DNA of 64,000 nucleotides from assembly GCA_963575745.1 (NCBI GenBank), contig CAUYUJ010000259.1, positions 124,001-188,000 of the forward strand, given 5' to 3'. The position numbers and the translations under genes were made by a program. The stretch comes from Prorocentrum cordatum (taxonomy: Eukaryota). The notes beneath the pieces were generated by a model. That model saw only the letters and a program-made list of their open reading frames with translations. It was not told the DNA's origin and ran no database searches. Shown in pieces: positions 50,331 to 64,000 of the stretch. The first letter of the stretch is position 1. The number at the start of each line of letters is the position of its first letter.

Positions 50331-52100
50331 GTACGAGCAGCGAGGGGCATCGAACGCGGGCGAAGGGCAGCGGGCGGCGACTGCAGTTATTAACGGGCTG
50401 GTCGGGCGGGTCGAGCGGGTGGGTCGTTGAAGCGTGCGTCCTGCTTGAACCGCAAGGCAATATGTAGCGGGAGCGCGATTCCTGAGTGTCGAGGACCGGC
50501 ATCTGAACCAATTGTGAGGAAATATCAAGCGAAGCGGTTCGGTGGTAAATTGCGACGAAGTCCCGAGCGAGAACGCGATTCTGCGATACATTGTCAAGAA
50601 GTATCGAGCGGGAGCCGCAATTCTGCGGTAAATTGCCAGGAGGTCCCAAGCGAGGGCGCGATTCTTCAATATGTGAGCAAGTAGCAGGCGGGAACCGTTG
50701 TTGCTATTGTTCTAAATTTGGGGCCAACGATGCAATTTGAGCTTCAATATTTTCCTGGATAAAATAAAAACAGGGTGCGAGCCCCGGGAGGGACAGTTCA
50801 AGTGACAAATACAATGACCAGGCGGGGGGATAAACTATAATTATTTTCAGAAATGAGAGTTTAACAACAACAACAACAACAACAACAATCATTTAAGACT
50901 GGGGACACTCCGTTCTCACCAGTGCCAGGGTTTTCATAGGAGGCGGGCAATACCCCCACTTTGTGGGGGGGCCGGTTCAAGCTCTACCAAATTTCCAAAC
51001 GACTCTTCGCCACCACCCACACCCAGCTTCCCGCCCTATGACGTTCGGACACTTCACTTCGTGGCATGCGGACGACCGTGGCTACTATTCAGGGCCCCGC
51101 GGCCGACGACGACGGCGTGCGCGCGCGAAGAAAAAACGAATGTGTCCCGCATGGTATTATTTGACAGGGATGATGGCCCTGGCAGGTGCGCAACCGTTGT
51201 CGCAGAAGTTCGAAAAAGTTGCTCGCAAAAGCCCGTTTGACAGAAATGTTTAAAAAGTGTTGGGTTTCCTACGAATCCGCAAGAGCGCGCGGGATGAGAT
51301 TTTGACATTTTTTTGTTGAAAAACCATTGGTTTTTTGATGTTTTTATGTTAAAATCGCTCCGAACACTAAGCTTTTGGAAGGATTTCGTCTTGCGCGCGC
51401 GAATGTCCACTTTACCTTATTTTTTGCAAGGGATTCTTGAAATTTGATTATATTAGAACAAGAAATGTCATTTTATAGTGTTTTTTGCAAGGGAAAACGG
51501 ATTACAACAAAACAACCGGATCTGGATCACATCGTTTTACCTGAGGCTTCCTCACGAAAATTATGAAAATGTGGCTGCGGCCTAGGCGCGGGGGGGGGGG
51601 GGCGTGCACCAGGGGGCCCAACAATAATTATTCTTTCGAATAAATAATGTTCAACAACAACAGCAGCAGCAGCAACAACAACAACAACAACACAAACAAC
51701 AAAAACAATAACATCAACAACGTTGCAACAAACATACTTCTCACCACGAAGTCCTTTTCCAGCCACGCACCCAGGGACAATGAAAGACCGTTCAGCCCCC
51801 TCACTCTGATTATGACGAAGGTTTTCCATGTTTTGGTCATGCTTGAATATGTTTGGACTGTTTTCCAGTTCTCTTCCAAAAGCCGCCTGTCACGGGACAT
51901 CCCCGACGTAGATTTATCGAGCTGTGAGCCGCAGCAAGCGGTGAGCGTTCCTATGTGTCTTTGCTTCGCCGCGCCTTTCCTGGCCGTGGGTTGCCTGTTT
52001 CCTCAGTGTTGCTGTGGCTGTCGAAGCCGCGCTTTCCTGTGGCTCTGCTGCGCCCCCTCTCTAGACGCGTGCGGTCTGGGGCGGTGGTGAGTATGAGAGA

Positions 52101-52142
<42 letters not shown>

Positions 52143-53401
52143 CCCCGCGTTCCGCGCTGTGCCGCCCCGCCCCCCCTCCGCGCCAGGCCCTCGGCCGCCG
52201 GCCGCCCAGTCCGCGCGCCGAGCGCGCCGAGGGCGCCGCGCGGGCCGCGCGCCGCGTGCGTGGGCGGCGGTCTCCATGGCCTCCTGAGGATGGGGTCGCA
52301 TCGCTCCGGAGGATCGTGATCGCTCCGGATCCCCGGTGCATCGGCGATGCGGCTGGGTGTGGCGCCCGTGTCTCCCCACGCCGGCGTCGCCGATGTTGCG
52401 CCGACGTTGCCAGTGCATCGCCGATGCATCCTCGGTGCATCGCCGATGCAGCGGCCCATGCGGCGCGCTCCTCCGACCCCATCCAATCGGACCCCATCCG
52501 GGAGGCCTCCTACGGCGGCTTTAGGCACAACAGAGAAGCTCGGGCCGGACGAAAGGGGGGGATTGGGAAAGGGGGGGTTACGAAATTTGCTGCATGCAGC
52601 CAGTTTCGGCCCCACCGAGGGGCCCATTCCTCGATACATGGGCGCCTCCGGCGCCGGGGGGCGCCGGGATAATCAGCTACGTGAGCTGATTCTCACCCCC
52701 CCCCCTTTGCTATCCCCCCCTTTCGCCCGACCCGAAAAGCACAACCAGAGCTAACTTCGTGGCAGGGAGGGGGTCTGGACCCTCCAAGACAAGCCATTTC
52801 AGACGCCCCCCCGTGGGAGAACCCTCCAAAACATCGTCCCCAGACCCCCCCCAGGCCCTCCAAGATAGCTTGGAAGAGACCCCCCCAGAAATGAGACCCC
52901 CCTCCCTTTATTACGAAATCTGGAGTAACTTCGTGGCGGGGAGAGGTGCCCACAGCGCCAGCTTCCTTTCTCTCCCAGCTCGTGCCGGGCATCCTGCCGG
53001 GGGGCCGTCGTCGCCCCCGCTGGATTCGCTGGGGCCTTCTCGCCACAACGCTCCCTGCAGAGGTCCGGGCCTCCTCCTCCTCCTCCTCCCTCCTCCTCCT
53101 CCTCCTCCTCCTCCTCCTCCCCCTCCCCCTCCTCCTCCTCCCCCTCCTCCTCCTCCTCCTCCCCCTCCTCCTCCTCCTCCTCCTCCTCCTCCTCCTCCTC
53201 CTCCTCTTCCTCCTCCTCCTCCTCCCCACTGGCGGTATCGGTACCCTTCGGCTTCCCCAGCAGCGTGTTGGCTCGGGGAGGCCCCTCAAGGGGAGAACCC
53301 GCCGACCTCGACGTGGGCACGCTGGCTGTGGTTGTGGTCGAGTTGGGGCATCCTGGGCCCCCGGATCGACCACGACCCGTCCGAAGCTGGTTTCGGTGTT
53401 T

Positions 53402-53647
53402 CTAGGCCTCCTAGATGGGGTCGGAGCAGATGGGGTCGGAGGATCGCGCCGCATCGCCGATGCGTCGGCGATGCATCGGCGATGCGGGTTCGATGTGGGG
53501 CCCAGTTTTCTCCACGCCGACGTCGCCGATGCACCGCCGACGTCGCAAGTGCATCGCGGATGCATCGGCGATGCATCGCCGATGTATCGGCGATGCGGCG
53601 AGATCCTCCGACCCCATCTACTCGGACCCCATCTAGGAGTCCTCTAG
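53402..53647. mobile_element. Best-preserved CTAGATGGGG palindromic MITE
   Basis: Long imperfect TIRs CTCCTAGATGGGGTC.GAG.AGATGGGGTCGGAGGATC / GATCCTCCGACCCCATCTACTCGGACCCCATCTAGGAG. Confidence 0.8.
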
Positions 53648-53927
53648 TGTTGCGGAATGTTGCGTGGCCTGCGCAGGACATCCCCCAGGGTTTGCCCCGG
53701 TGCCGCTGCTGGTCGCACCAGCCCACTCGACACGGAAGTCTTCGCGTCGGAGTGCCCCCCCCCCCTCCTCCTGTCCTCCGCGCGGCCGCCCCTTCCCCCC
53801 TGCTCCCCCTCTTGAACGCTGGTTAATTCGATTTTCGGTCGCCCCGAATCGCCATCCGCTGAAGCAGCTTCTTTGCATCCCCGCCGACGAAGAAAAAGTG
53901 TCCTTGATGTGGTTGTGGTCGTTTGTT

Positions 53928-56900
53928 TTAGGTCGGGCGTGTCCCCCTACAGGCGGATTGTATTACGAAAAATACAACACAGCCAAAACATGCTCAAACA
54001 TTGACAAAAATAGTGCTGCAATCGTCCCCATGTTTTTTTGGGGGGGAGTTTGTTTCAACATTCCTCCGGTAGAGGGACATGCCCGACTTAACGCTTGTTG
54101 TCCCTTCAGTCTCGCCCCAGCGCGCCAGCGGGAACCCGCCCGGAGCGCGCGCGCCGCACGCGTTGCGGCATAGGCGCCTCGGCCGCGCCCCGCAGCGCGG
54201 TGCGCCGAGAAGGGAGCCGCCCTGCTGGCGTCCCAGGAGGAGGAGGAGGAGGAGGAGGAGGAGGAGGAGGAGGAGGAGGAGGAGGAGGAGGAGGAGAGCA
54301 TCCCAGGTGGGGTCCGAGCAGATGGGGTCCGAGGATCGCGCCGCATCGCCGATGCGTCGGCGATGCTCGCCATCAACAAACTGTGGGCGTTTCGCGCGGA
54401 ATCTTTGGATCCGCGCTGGGTCCCCCCCCCAGGCGGCGCCTCCGGCGCCGCCCCTGGCGCGCTCCGCGCGCCAGGGAGGGAAGTCCTGCGCAGGTCCAAG
54501 GAATCCGCGCAGACCCTTCTCTCGTTTTCCCCTTTTTGGGCCACGTCGCCGCCGCTGGACTCGCCTCGAAATCCTAGTCAGAACGCGCCCCAGGAGAGGT
54601 CTGGGAATCAGCGGTATCGGTACAAACAACACACGCACACACACATACCCGTCGTTGAAAGTAGGTATTTGTGGACCGCCTTTATGCTTCAATGATCGAG
54701 TGGCTGCACCTTTTTCGTCCTTCGTAGAGAGCGGACGGAACCCACTCTACTTTCAACGCCGTCCTACTTCATGCTTTCTACCTGCTTCTTCCGACCGACG
54801 GGTAATAACTTTTGTAGCTCCGCCGCGGAGTTCTCGGTGCCCCCCACCCAGCGTGGCCCCTTGTCCCTTCCCGCGGCCACCGCGGCGCGGCCTCGGGGCG
54901 CCTCCCTGGGCGGGGCGCGGCGATGACGGGCCTCGCCCATCCGCTGCTGAGCGGGAGCCCCCTCGCGTGTGGTGCGGCTCCCGCTCCCAGGTTTGAAGTC
55001 GGGCGTGCCCCCCTGCAGGAGGAATGTTCAAAAATAATGCAACAATAGTCCGGTGACGATCTGCCGACTATTTTTGACCTTGTTGGGGGTCTGATTTTTT
55101 GCTATGTTTGATTGTTCGTCCAAGATCCGCCTGCAGGAGGGCATGCCCGACCCAACCCTCGCGTGTGCTTCGGCTCTCTCTCCCAGGTCCGGGTAGCAGC
55201 GGGGAGGGGGCGCCTCTGTTGGGAGCCCCCAAACCCAGGGCTCGTATCGATTCCTCCGATTTGATTCGATTCGACTTCGATGGCTTCCGTTTCGATTGGA
55301 TTCGAGGAGTTGGGATTCCGATGTTGGGCTCCGAATCCTCAGTGGAGGCGTACTAGCCTTTCGATTTCCGCCGATTCGACTTTTCCCGACTCGGGTGCCG
55401 ATCCCTCCGACCCGATTTCTGTCGATCGCCGATCCGACTTATCGATTCGATTCTGGGCTCTCCTACAAACCATGTGGTGAGGTATCAGGTTGTGATTTGG
55501 AATCACCCCAAAAAGTAGGCACCGCCGGGTCTTGGAGCTCGGGGTCGCCGCATGGTTTTGTGACTCCTGGGCCCACCAGCGTTCGGGACATCTTCGAAGA
55601 AGCACACGAGTCCCCAAACCGGGTGGTGACACCAAATCGCCCGAGACTCATCGCCCTGTGTTGTCGCCACCACGTTTGGGGACTCCCAATTGTGGCGCTT
55701 GCCCGCCCCATTCGGCTGCAAATCATGGGAGCCTGGTATACCCTCTTGATTATGTCTTTAGCGTCGGCTAGCGTCGATTAGCGTCTGGGAGTCGATGGGA
55801 TAGCGTTGATTCGTGTCGATTTATAGCGTCGATAGGCGTCGACTTAGCGTCGGCAAGCGTCGATTCGCAAGAACCAACAAGATGGTACGGGAGGCTCCCA
55901 TGAGTTGCCACCGATCGCTCCGCAATCCGAAGAACAACAAGCGGCATAAGCAATACTCCGCGGGCGGCATGGGCCCGTGGTGGTGCTTTGGCATCGCTCG
56001 GGTGCGTGCATTGTTTCATCGGCGATGCCATCGAGGAGCAACCTGGATCATCTGGCAAGAAACGCACGTACGAAACCGAAACACGCACGAGGAATGGACG
56101 TCCGAGCGATGGCAAGCAAGAGGTGAGATGCTGCTCTCTTGGTGACGGTGATGCCTGGCATGCGCGCCCAGAGCGCGCTCGGATCGATGCATCAGGCTGC
56201 GGCAGAGCAGAAGGCACATGCCGATCAGTTTAGACTAAGTCGGGCCTGTCCCTCTACAGGGGGAACATTCAAAAATAGAAAAAGATAGTCTGGGTACGAT
56301 TTGTTTACTATTGTTGGTCATTCGGGAGTATTGTTCGATATTTGTTTCGCTCAAAATCCCCCTGTATGGGGGACAGGCCCGACTTCAGTTTAGACAGGAG
56401 CAACAAGATGCCAGATGAGGTGAGAGGAGGCGCCAGAGTCGCACTGGGCTAGGACGAGGATGAATCCGCTCGAGAGCGTTCAGAAACGCTCTAAGAGCAT
56501 TCCGGGACGCTCTGAGAAGGCCGTGGCGCCCGAGACTTCCTCTTGACCCGCTGGATCTCAGAGATTCTCGATTCGTCCTCACCCGATTCTATCCTCGTCC
56601 TGGCTTCATCTACGCATCTGTATATCCACACCCCGTTCGTCTTTGACTTTCTTGGAAGGGGCGCCGGGCGGCCGATGGATCAATATCGAGCCTCTAGAGG
56701 CGAGACTTGTATCCATATCCAGTGCGCCTCGTGTTGCTGGAGAAGGGAGCCCGAAACTCCCAGCTGCAGCGGATATGGGCGGGTCTTGCCCGCATTCCTC
56801 GGAGGTCCGCGCAGATTTCCTGGCTCGGCGTTGGGCCCCCCATGGCGCTTCGGGCGCCGCCCCTGGCGCGCTTTACGCCGCGATGGACGGCGGGCGGCCC

Positions 56901-57960
56901 AGCGCCGATCCAAGAACTCCGCGCGGACCTCCGAGGAGTGGCGCGTGCTGCGCCGTGGTCGTGTCGTGTCGCCCGGCGTCCCCGTCGTCGTGTCGTGCCG
57001 CCTCCCTGCCACGAGAGTCTCTTCTTGCGATGCGGAAAACCAGCTGCACGACATGAGGTGTGTGTGCGTGCGTGTGTGTGTGTGTGTGCGTGCGTGCGTG
57101 CCGCCGCGCCCAGCTCCCCTCCCTCCGCCGCCGCCCCTTTGCCGCCTACGTGCGGGCAGACTCGCGACGCCCTGGCCCCGACGCACGTGCGGCCCGCCCC
57201 TGCCGTGGTGGGCGATCCGTCCCCCCAGGAGTGGCCCTTGCTTCTCCCCCCCCTCCTCCTCTCTTTCCTCCTCCTCCTCCTCCTCCTCCTCCTCCTCCTC
57301 CTCCTCCTCCTCCTCCTCCTCCTCTCCCCCTCCTCCTCCTCCTCCTCCTCCTCCCCTCCCCCTCCTCTCCTCCTCCTCCTCCTCCTCCCCCCTCCTCCTC
57401 CTCCTCCTCCTCCTCCTCCTCCTCCTCCTCCTCCTCCTCCTCCTCCTCCTCCTCCTCCTCCTCCTCATCCGCAAAGAGGGGGATAAGGGACGGAGCGGGT
57501 GGGCCTTCCCGCGGCCGCCCGCTCCGTCCCTTATCCCCCTCTTTGCGGATCGAGGTCCCTGCCTGCCAGGTCTTCCCAGCAGCTGGCCAGCGCGTTATCG
57601 CAACGCTGCGTCTCTGGGTCGGTGGCGAGCGTGGCCCGCAAAGCGTGCTGGCTTGCAGCCCCAGCGTAGGTTGTGAGCAGGCTTCCGGCTGCTAGCCTGC
57701 GCAAGCCGCGCCCCGCGAGCGGGTCACTCCGCTACAGCGGTGCTCCCGTTGAGTTGGCCTCTGCGGCCGGAACACAGGCGACCCCTGCCTGAGCCTTGAA
57801 GTCGGGCCTGTCCCTCTACAGGAGGAAGATGCAGAAGTAGCCAAGAAATGTTCGGGGGACTACTTTTGGATTATTTGTTGTGACCATTTTGGAGTATGTG
57901 TTTGGTCTTTCTCAAATTTTTCCTCCAGAATCCCCCTGTCGGGGGACAGGCCCGACTTAA
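53928..57960. mobile_element. Cluster of four separate ~155-165-bp GTCGGG-TIR MITEs
   Basis: Copies at 53928-54091 (reversed), 54994-55155, 56235-56387 and 57797-57960, each with paired TIRs. Confidence 0.8.
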
Positions 57961-58199
57961 GCCTAGGCGCTGGCGCAGCAAAAAACGTGTGTTGTGGCGC
58001 CTGTTGTGCCTCCAGAGGCGGAGGGCGCTCCGCGCCTGCTCCTCCGCGGCGCGTGCGCGGCAGGCCGCGGGCAGCAGCGTGCCTGGCCTGGCCCGCGCCC
58101 CGCGCACAGACGCCGGCGCCCGGACTACCTGGACTGGTATTAGTCGGATGCGTGTGATTACGACTGCTATTATTACGGCGACTACCACCTGTTTTTTTG

Positions 58200-58262
58200 T
58201 TTTCGCTATTATTACAACTGTTACCACTACGACTACGACTACGACGACTACTACTACTACCA

Positions 58263-58294
<32 letters not shown>

Positions 58295-58497
58295 GCTACT
58301 ACTACTATTCCTACTACTGCTACTACTATTATTACTACTACTACGACTGCGACTTCTACTCCTACTACTACTTCTACTGCTACTACTACTACTACTACGA
58401 CTACTACTACTACTACCACTACTACTACTATTGCTTCTGCTCCTGCTACTACTACGACTACTACTACTACTACGACGACTACTACTACGACTACTGT

Positions 58498-58532
<35 letters not shown>

Positions 58533-58662
58533 TTAATACTACTACTACTACTACTATCACTAGTATTATTACTACTATACCACTACCAGATGTATTACAA
58601 TGACGACTACGACTACTGCCACGACATACTGCTACTACCTCTATTACTACTCGTATTTCTAG

Positions 58663-58713
<51 letters not shown>

Positions 58714-58756
58714 GACTACTACCACTACGAATACTATTATTATTACTACTACTACC

Positions 58757-58789
<33 letters not shown>

Positions 58790-58872
58790 ACTACTACTTC
58801 TACGACTACTTCTACGACTCCTGTTACGACTACTACGACGACTACGACTACGACTACGACTACGACTACTCT

Positions 58873-58912
<40 letters not shown>

Positions 58913-59469
58913 GCTATTACGATTACTGCTACTGCTACGACTACTCCTAGGACTTCTACTACTACTACTACTACTACTGCTACTACTACTACTACTACTA
59001 CTACTAATACTACTACTACTATTACTACGACTACTACTACTACTACTACTTCTACTACTACTACTACGGCTTCTACGAGTACGACTACGACTACCACGAC
59101 GACCATTACTAGTCTTACCACTACCATTACTACTACTACTACTACTACTACGACTACTACTACGACTGCTACTACGACTGCTACTACGACTACGACTACT
59201 ACGACTACTACGGCTACTACGACTACTACGACATACTACCATTACAACTATTTCTACCTTTACTACGACTACGACTACTACTACTACGTCTACTACTACT
59301 ACTACTATTACTACTACTACTACTACTACTACGACTACTACTCCTACTACTACTCATTCTACTACTCAGACCCCTACGACTCCTACTACTACAAGTACTA
59401 ATGCTACCACTACGTCTACTTCTACTTTTACTTCTACTGCTTCTACTCATACTAATACTACTACTACCG

Positions 59470-59512
<43 letters not shown>

Positions 59513-59747
59513 CGCTACTACTACTACTACTGCTACTACTACTACTACTACTACTACGACTACTACTACTACTACTACTACTGCTACTACTACTACTACT
59601 ACGACTACTACTACGACTACTACTGCTACTACTACTACTACTACTATTACTACTACTACTACTACTGCTACTACTACTACTACTACTACTGCTACTACTA
59701 CTACTACTGCTGCTACTACTACTACTACTACGACTACTACTTACTAG

Positions 59748-59787
<40 letters not shown>

Positions 59788-59797
59788 GCTACTGCTG

Positions 59798-59834
<37 letters not shown>

Positions 59835-60010
59835 ATCTAGGACTACGACTACGACTTTTACCCTTACCATTGCTGACACTACGACTACCATCACAACTAC
59901 TTCCATTACTCGTGGTATTACTCTTTCCAGCGCTATTACTACTACTGCTACTACGACGACGACTACGACAGTCATTACTTCAACAATTGCAACAACCAGT
60001 GCTATTACTA
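58200..60010. repeat. ~1.8-kb (CTA)n microsatellite
   Basis: Degenerate CTA triplet run. Confidence 0.98.
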
Positions 60011-60891
60011 CGTGGGCCCTCTTCGAGCCCTCTTGGGCCCTTTTGGAGCAATCTTGAGGCTCGGGAGGTCATCGGAAACGAACATGCGAGAACGTAACAA
60101 TCATTTACATGTCCGTAGGTTTTGGACGGATTTCGGCATCTTCGGGGCCTCTTTGGGGAGCTTTTTGGCCATGTGGAGCCGTCTTGGATCGGTGTTGGGG
60201 CCTCTTGGGACATCTTGGGAGCCATCTCGAGGCATCTTGGGGTACCTTGAATTGTTTTGGAGCTCATATTGGGCTCTCCGAGGCGCTTTTGGAGCCGTCT
60301 TGGGCCATCGTGGGCGCTCCAACCCCTCGCGGGACCCCCCGTCCAGGTCCAGGGAAAAGGGGTAGGGGAAGGGGTCACGCTACCCACCCGCCCGCAAGTT
60401 GTCTAGCTCACTCCCACCCGCCCTCCCAACACAACAGTAACACCTGAGACTGAGCATGTTGAGCGGTCGCCTTTGGATGGACAGCTACTGGGAACCAACG
60501 CCGGCCCCAGGTGCGCGACGCTTGGGCGAGGTGCGCCACGCGTGCCAGGGGCGCCGCGCGCGCCAGGCACCCCTGCGGCCCGAGCGTGCAGGCACGCTTG
60601 TTGCGCCAGATGCGCCACGTGCTCCGAGTGCGCCAGGTGTGCCGCACACTCCAGCCAGGTGCGCCATGTTCGGGGCACGTGCAGACTGCGTCAGGTGCGC
60701 CTGCGCACGTGACAGCACACATCGGGAAACATGTCGGCCTCCGCCATTCTTGTCGAAAACCAATGCTCATCATTGTGTCTGATGGGCCTGCGCACAGCAG
60801 GCCATGCGCCACCGTCACCGTCACCATCTGGCAGTAATCGCGGGATGGCCGCGCACGATCCAGATTCTGCCGCGAGGTGCATGTTGTATTG

Positions 60892-61462
60892 TTCCCAACC
60901 ATCCTGTGGTGTTGGTCCTCGTTTTGAAGAGGCAGCGCCCGCGTCCTCCTTCCTTCTCCTCCCGCTGCCTCCCCTCCCCCTCCTCCTTCCTTCCTTGCGC
61001 TTCATCCACCCAGTGACAGCGTTTCGTGGCTGCCATAGGCAGCTCCAGCTATGGTCCCAGTAGCGGAACTCGCATGGCGGCTCCGCCCCATTTTGGCACA
61101 CCCCTTACACGTTTCGTGGCACCGTAGGGAGCTCCACCTAAGGTCCCAGTGGCGGAACTCGCATGGCGGCCCCGCCCCATTTCAGCGCACCCCTCTCACG
61201 TTTCGTGGCCCCGTAGGGGGCTCTACCTAAAGTCCCAGTGGCGGAACTCGCATGGCGGCCCCGCCCCATTTTGGCACACCCCTCACACGTTTCGTGGCAC
61301 CGTAGGGAGCTCCACCTAAGGTCTCAGTGGCGGATCTCGCATGGCGGCCCCATAGGGAGCTACACCTAAGGTCCCAGTGGCGGAACTTGCATGGCGGCCT
61401 CGCCCCATTTTGGCACACCCTTCACACAGTTCGTGGCCCCATAGGGGTTCCACCTAAGGCCC
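60892..61462. repeat. Satellite-carrying element, copy 4 (89-bp units), right end missing
   Basis: Head TTCCCAACCATCCTGTGGTGTTGGTCCTCGTTTTGAAGAG; units at 61056, 61145, 61234. Confidence 0.85.
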
Positions 61463-62181
61463 ACCCGCCCCCTGTGCAGGCTGGCTGGCCCCTGCTCCCT
61501 CTTCGCCCGGGGAGGACGTCGACTTGAACACGTTGCACGGCTGGCACATCGAGGAGACGCTCCGGTCCAGCAGGATGAGGAGGAGGGCGAGGAGGAGGGG
61601 GAGGAGGAGGACGAGGAGGCCGAACGACGGACGAGGAGGAGGACGAGGGCGAGCTCGAGGAGGAGGTGTAGGAGGTGGACGAGGAGGAGGACGACGAGGG
61701 GGCGGACGAGGAGGAGGACGAGGACAAGTGAGCACAACAGGACCAGGATCAGAAGGGCGAAGAGGGCCAGAGTGACCCCTAGGATGTCTCAGCGATTTGC
61801 GATCCATCCTCCCGTCCTCATGAGTCCCTACACGTATGTGTTCCTTGGCATTGCGGGAAGCGCTCCTTTTGGCAGACGAACGCCCGTCTGGCCGGAGGTG
61901 GGACTCCGTTGTGCGATTCAAAAGACATGAAAGCTCAGAGCAAGAGGACTCATACAAGCAAATTGAGTGTTCACCGACAGCCTCCAGTGGAGACCGGTTT
62001 GCCTTCCATCCGTGAAGTTGTTTTCGGACTGTTCCAATTTCCGGACCGTTAAAACGAGCAGCCTTTGCCATCCGTGTAGGTTTTGTACCATGCTGAACTG
62101 CGGGTCGTGGAATCAGCGGATCCTAAAGCGGGATTTCAATTCCGCAAACGTGTCGCCGTCAATCCGTGAGTCTGGTGTATT

Positions 62182-62357
62182 TCCCCACATCCTAAGTGGA
62201 TTTCTTGTTTTCTCTGCACACTTTCCGCGCAGGATCTCTCCTCCTCCTCCTCCTCCTCCTCCTCCTCCTCCTCCTCCTCCTCCTCCCTCCCCTCTCCGCC
62301 TGCTTGCTTCCTCCTCCTCATCATCTCCTCCTTACCCCCCTCTCTCACTCTCCTTCA

Positions 62358-62427
<70 letters not shown>

Positions 62428-62428
62428 G

Positions 62429-62461
<33 letters not shown>

Positions 62462-62529
62462 GCATCAGCATCAGCATCAGCATCAGCATCAGCATCAGCA
62501 TCAGCATCATCATTATCATCATCATCATC

Positions 62530-62565
<36 letters not shown>

Positions 62566-63980
62566 GCACTCATCACCACATCATCATCATCGTCATCATT
62601 CACCCACCCACCCACCCACCCACCCACCCACTCACTCACTCACTCACTCACTCGTCACCGTCACTTGCGTATGTCACCCGAGGAAGTCTCAGGTGGGAGC
62701 CCCCTCCCTATGTGCCCCGCACTTCATGTTGGTAATTCGAGCGGGTCATCGGCAACCTGTAACTGTCGCCACTTTTGGGAACCTCAGGCCTGAATTTGGA
62801 GGATGTAGCGAGCGGGAGCCTCGTCTGTGAGTGAATTGTGAGGAAGCCTCAGGTGGGAGCCCCCTCCCTATGGGCCCGCACTTCATCTTGGTAATCCGAG
62901 CGGGTCATCGGCAAGCTGTGACTGTCGCCACTTTTGGACTCCTCAGCCCTGACTTTGGAGGAAGTATCAAGCGGGAGCCTCGTTTGGGAGTGAAGTGTGG
63001 AAGTCTCAGGCGGGAGGCCCCTCCCTATGGGTCCGGCACTTCATTATGGTAATCCGAGCGGGTCATCGGCAACCTGCCATCCCCATCTTCCTCTTTGTTT
63101 TCAATACATTCCCCTGTCACACCACCAAGCGTTTGCTAAGGGTTTCTCCTAGGACGTCGTCTCAACTTGCCGCATCGGCGTTGGAATTCCCACCAAATAC
63201 ATGGATGGAATACAGGTTGCTTTCAAACTGCGTCTGTAGCCCTTGTTTCCGCAAATCCTTGTTTTTCCCCACATCCTAAGTGGGGTTCTTGTTTTCTCTG
63301 CACACCCTCCGCGCAGGATCTCTCCTCCTCCTCCTCCCTCTCCTCTCCTCCTCCTTGCTTCCTCCTCCTCCTCATGATCATCTCTTCCTCACCCCCCCTC
63401 CCTCTCAATCTCCCTCTCATCATCATCATCATTATCATCATCACCACCATCATCATCATCGCACTCATCATCACTCAACGTCATCATCATCATCATCATC
63501 ACTAACCCACCCACCCACCCACCAACCCACCTACTCACTCACTGACTCACTCACTCCCTCACTCATCACCGTCACTCGCTTATGTCACCCGAGGAAGCCT
63601 CAGGCGGGAGCCCCCTCCCTATGGGTCCGGCACTTCATGATGGTAATCCGAGTGGGTCATCGGCAACCTGTAACTGTAATCACTTTTCGGCTCCTCGGGC
63701 CTGAAATTGGAGGAAGTATCAAGCGGGAGCCTCGTCTGTGAGTGAATTGTGGGGAAGTCTCAGGCGGGAGCCCCCTCCCTATGGGTCCTGCACTTCATGT
63801 TGGTAATCCGAGCGGGTCATCGGCAACCTGCCATTGTCGTCACTTTTGGGCTCCCCAGGCTTGAATTTGGAGGAAGGATCTAGCGGGAGCCTCGTCTGTG
63901 AGTGACTTGTGAGGACGTCTCAGGCGGGAGCCCCCTCCCTATGGGTCCCGCACTTCATGTTGGTAATCCGAGCGGGTAAT
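62182..63980. repeat. Duplicated composite: CCT/CAT microsatellites plus ~160-bp satellite
   Basis: TCCCCACATCCTAAGTGG at 62182 and 63266; units at 62682, 62842, 62999, 63593, 63753, 63913. Confidence 0.9.
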
Positions 63981-64000
63981 CCGCCGAGGAAAATCGATTT

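Noticed and set aside
57871..60057. Long poly-L/T/V/S ORFs (up to 516 aa)
   Set aside because: Translations of the (CTA)n microsatellite.

Overview
Eukaryotic, GC-rich, repeat-dominated DNA, very likely from a dinoflagellate: near-perfect relics of the 22-nt dinoflagellate spliced leader (SL) occur at 322-343 and 18208-18229. I can support no intact cellular gene; most long six-frame ORFs are microsatellite or GC-bias artefacts. Main structure: (1) A DIRS/Ngaro-like retrotransposon (gag-like ORF, then a YVDD reverse transcriptase, running into an N gap) is split inside its zinc-finger codons by a 9,625-bp DNA transposon (1781-11405). That transposon has 12-bp TIRs CTTAGAGATTCT, a 2-bp TG target duplication and 23-bp subterminal inverted repeats. 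It carries five co-oriented decayed genes (four cargo genes and a CACTA/Mirage/Chapaev-like DDE transposase), the palindrome AGCGGT-N6-ACCGCT before each gene and after the last, and SL-like relics before four of the five. (2) An SL-capped, apparently full-length LINE (about 18178-22669) sits in a 90-bp satellite, which is the interior of a hairpin-ended element, itself inserted in a ~165-bp MITE. That satellite-carrying element recurs four times with different unit variants. (3) The rest is MITE families, a second LINE remnant, mini/microsatellites and local duplications.
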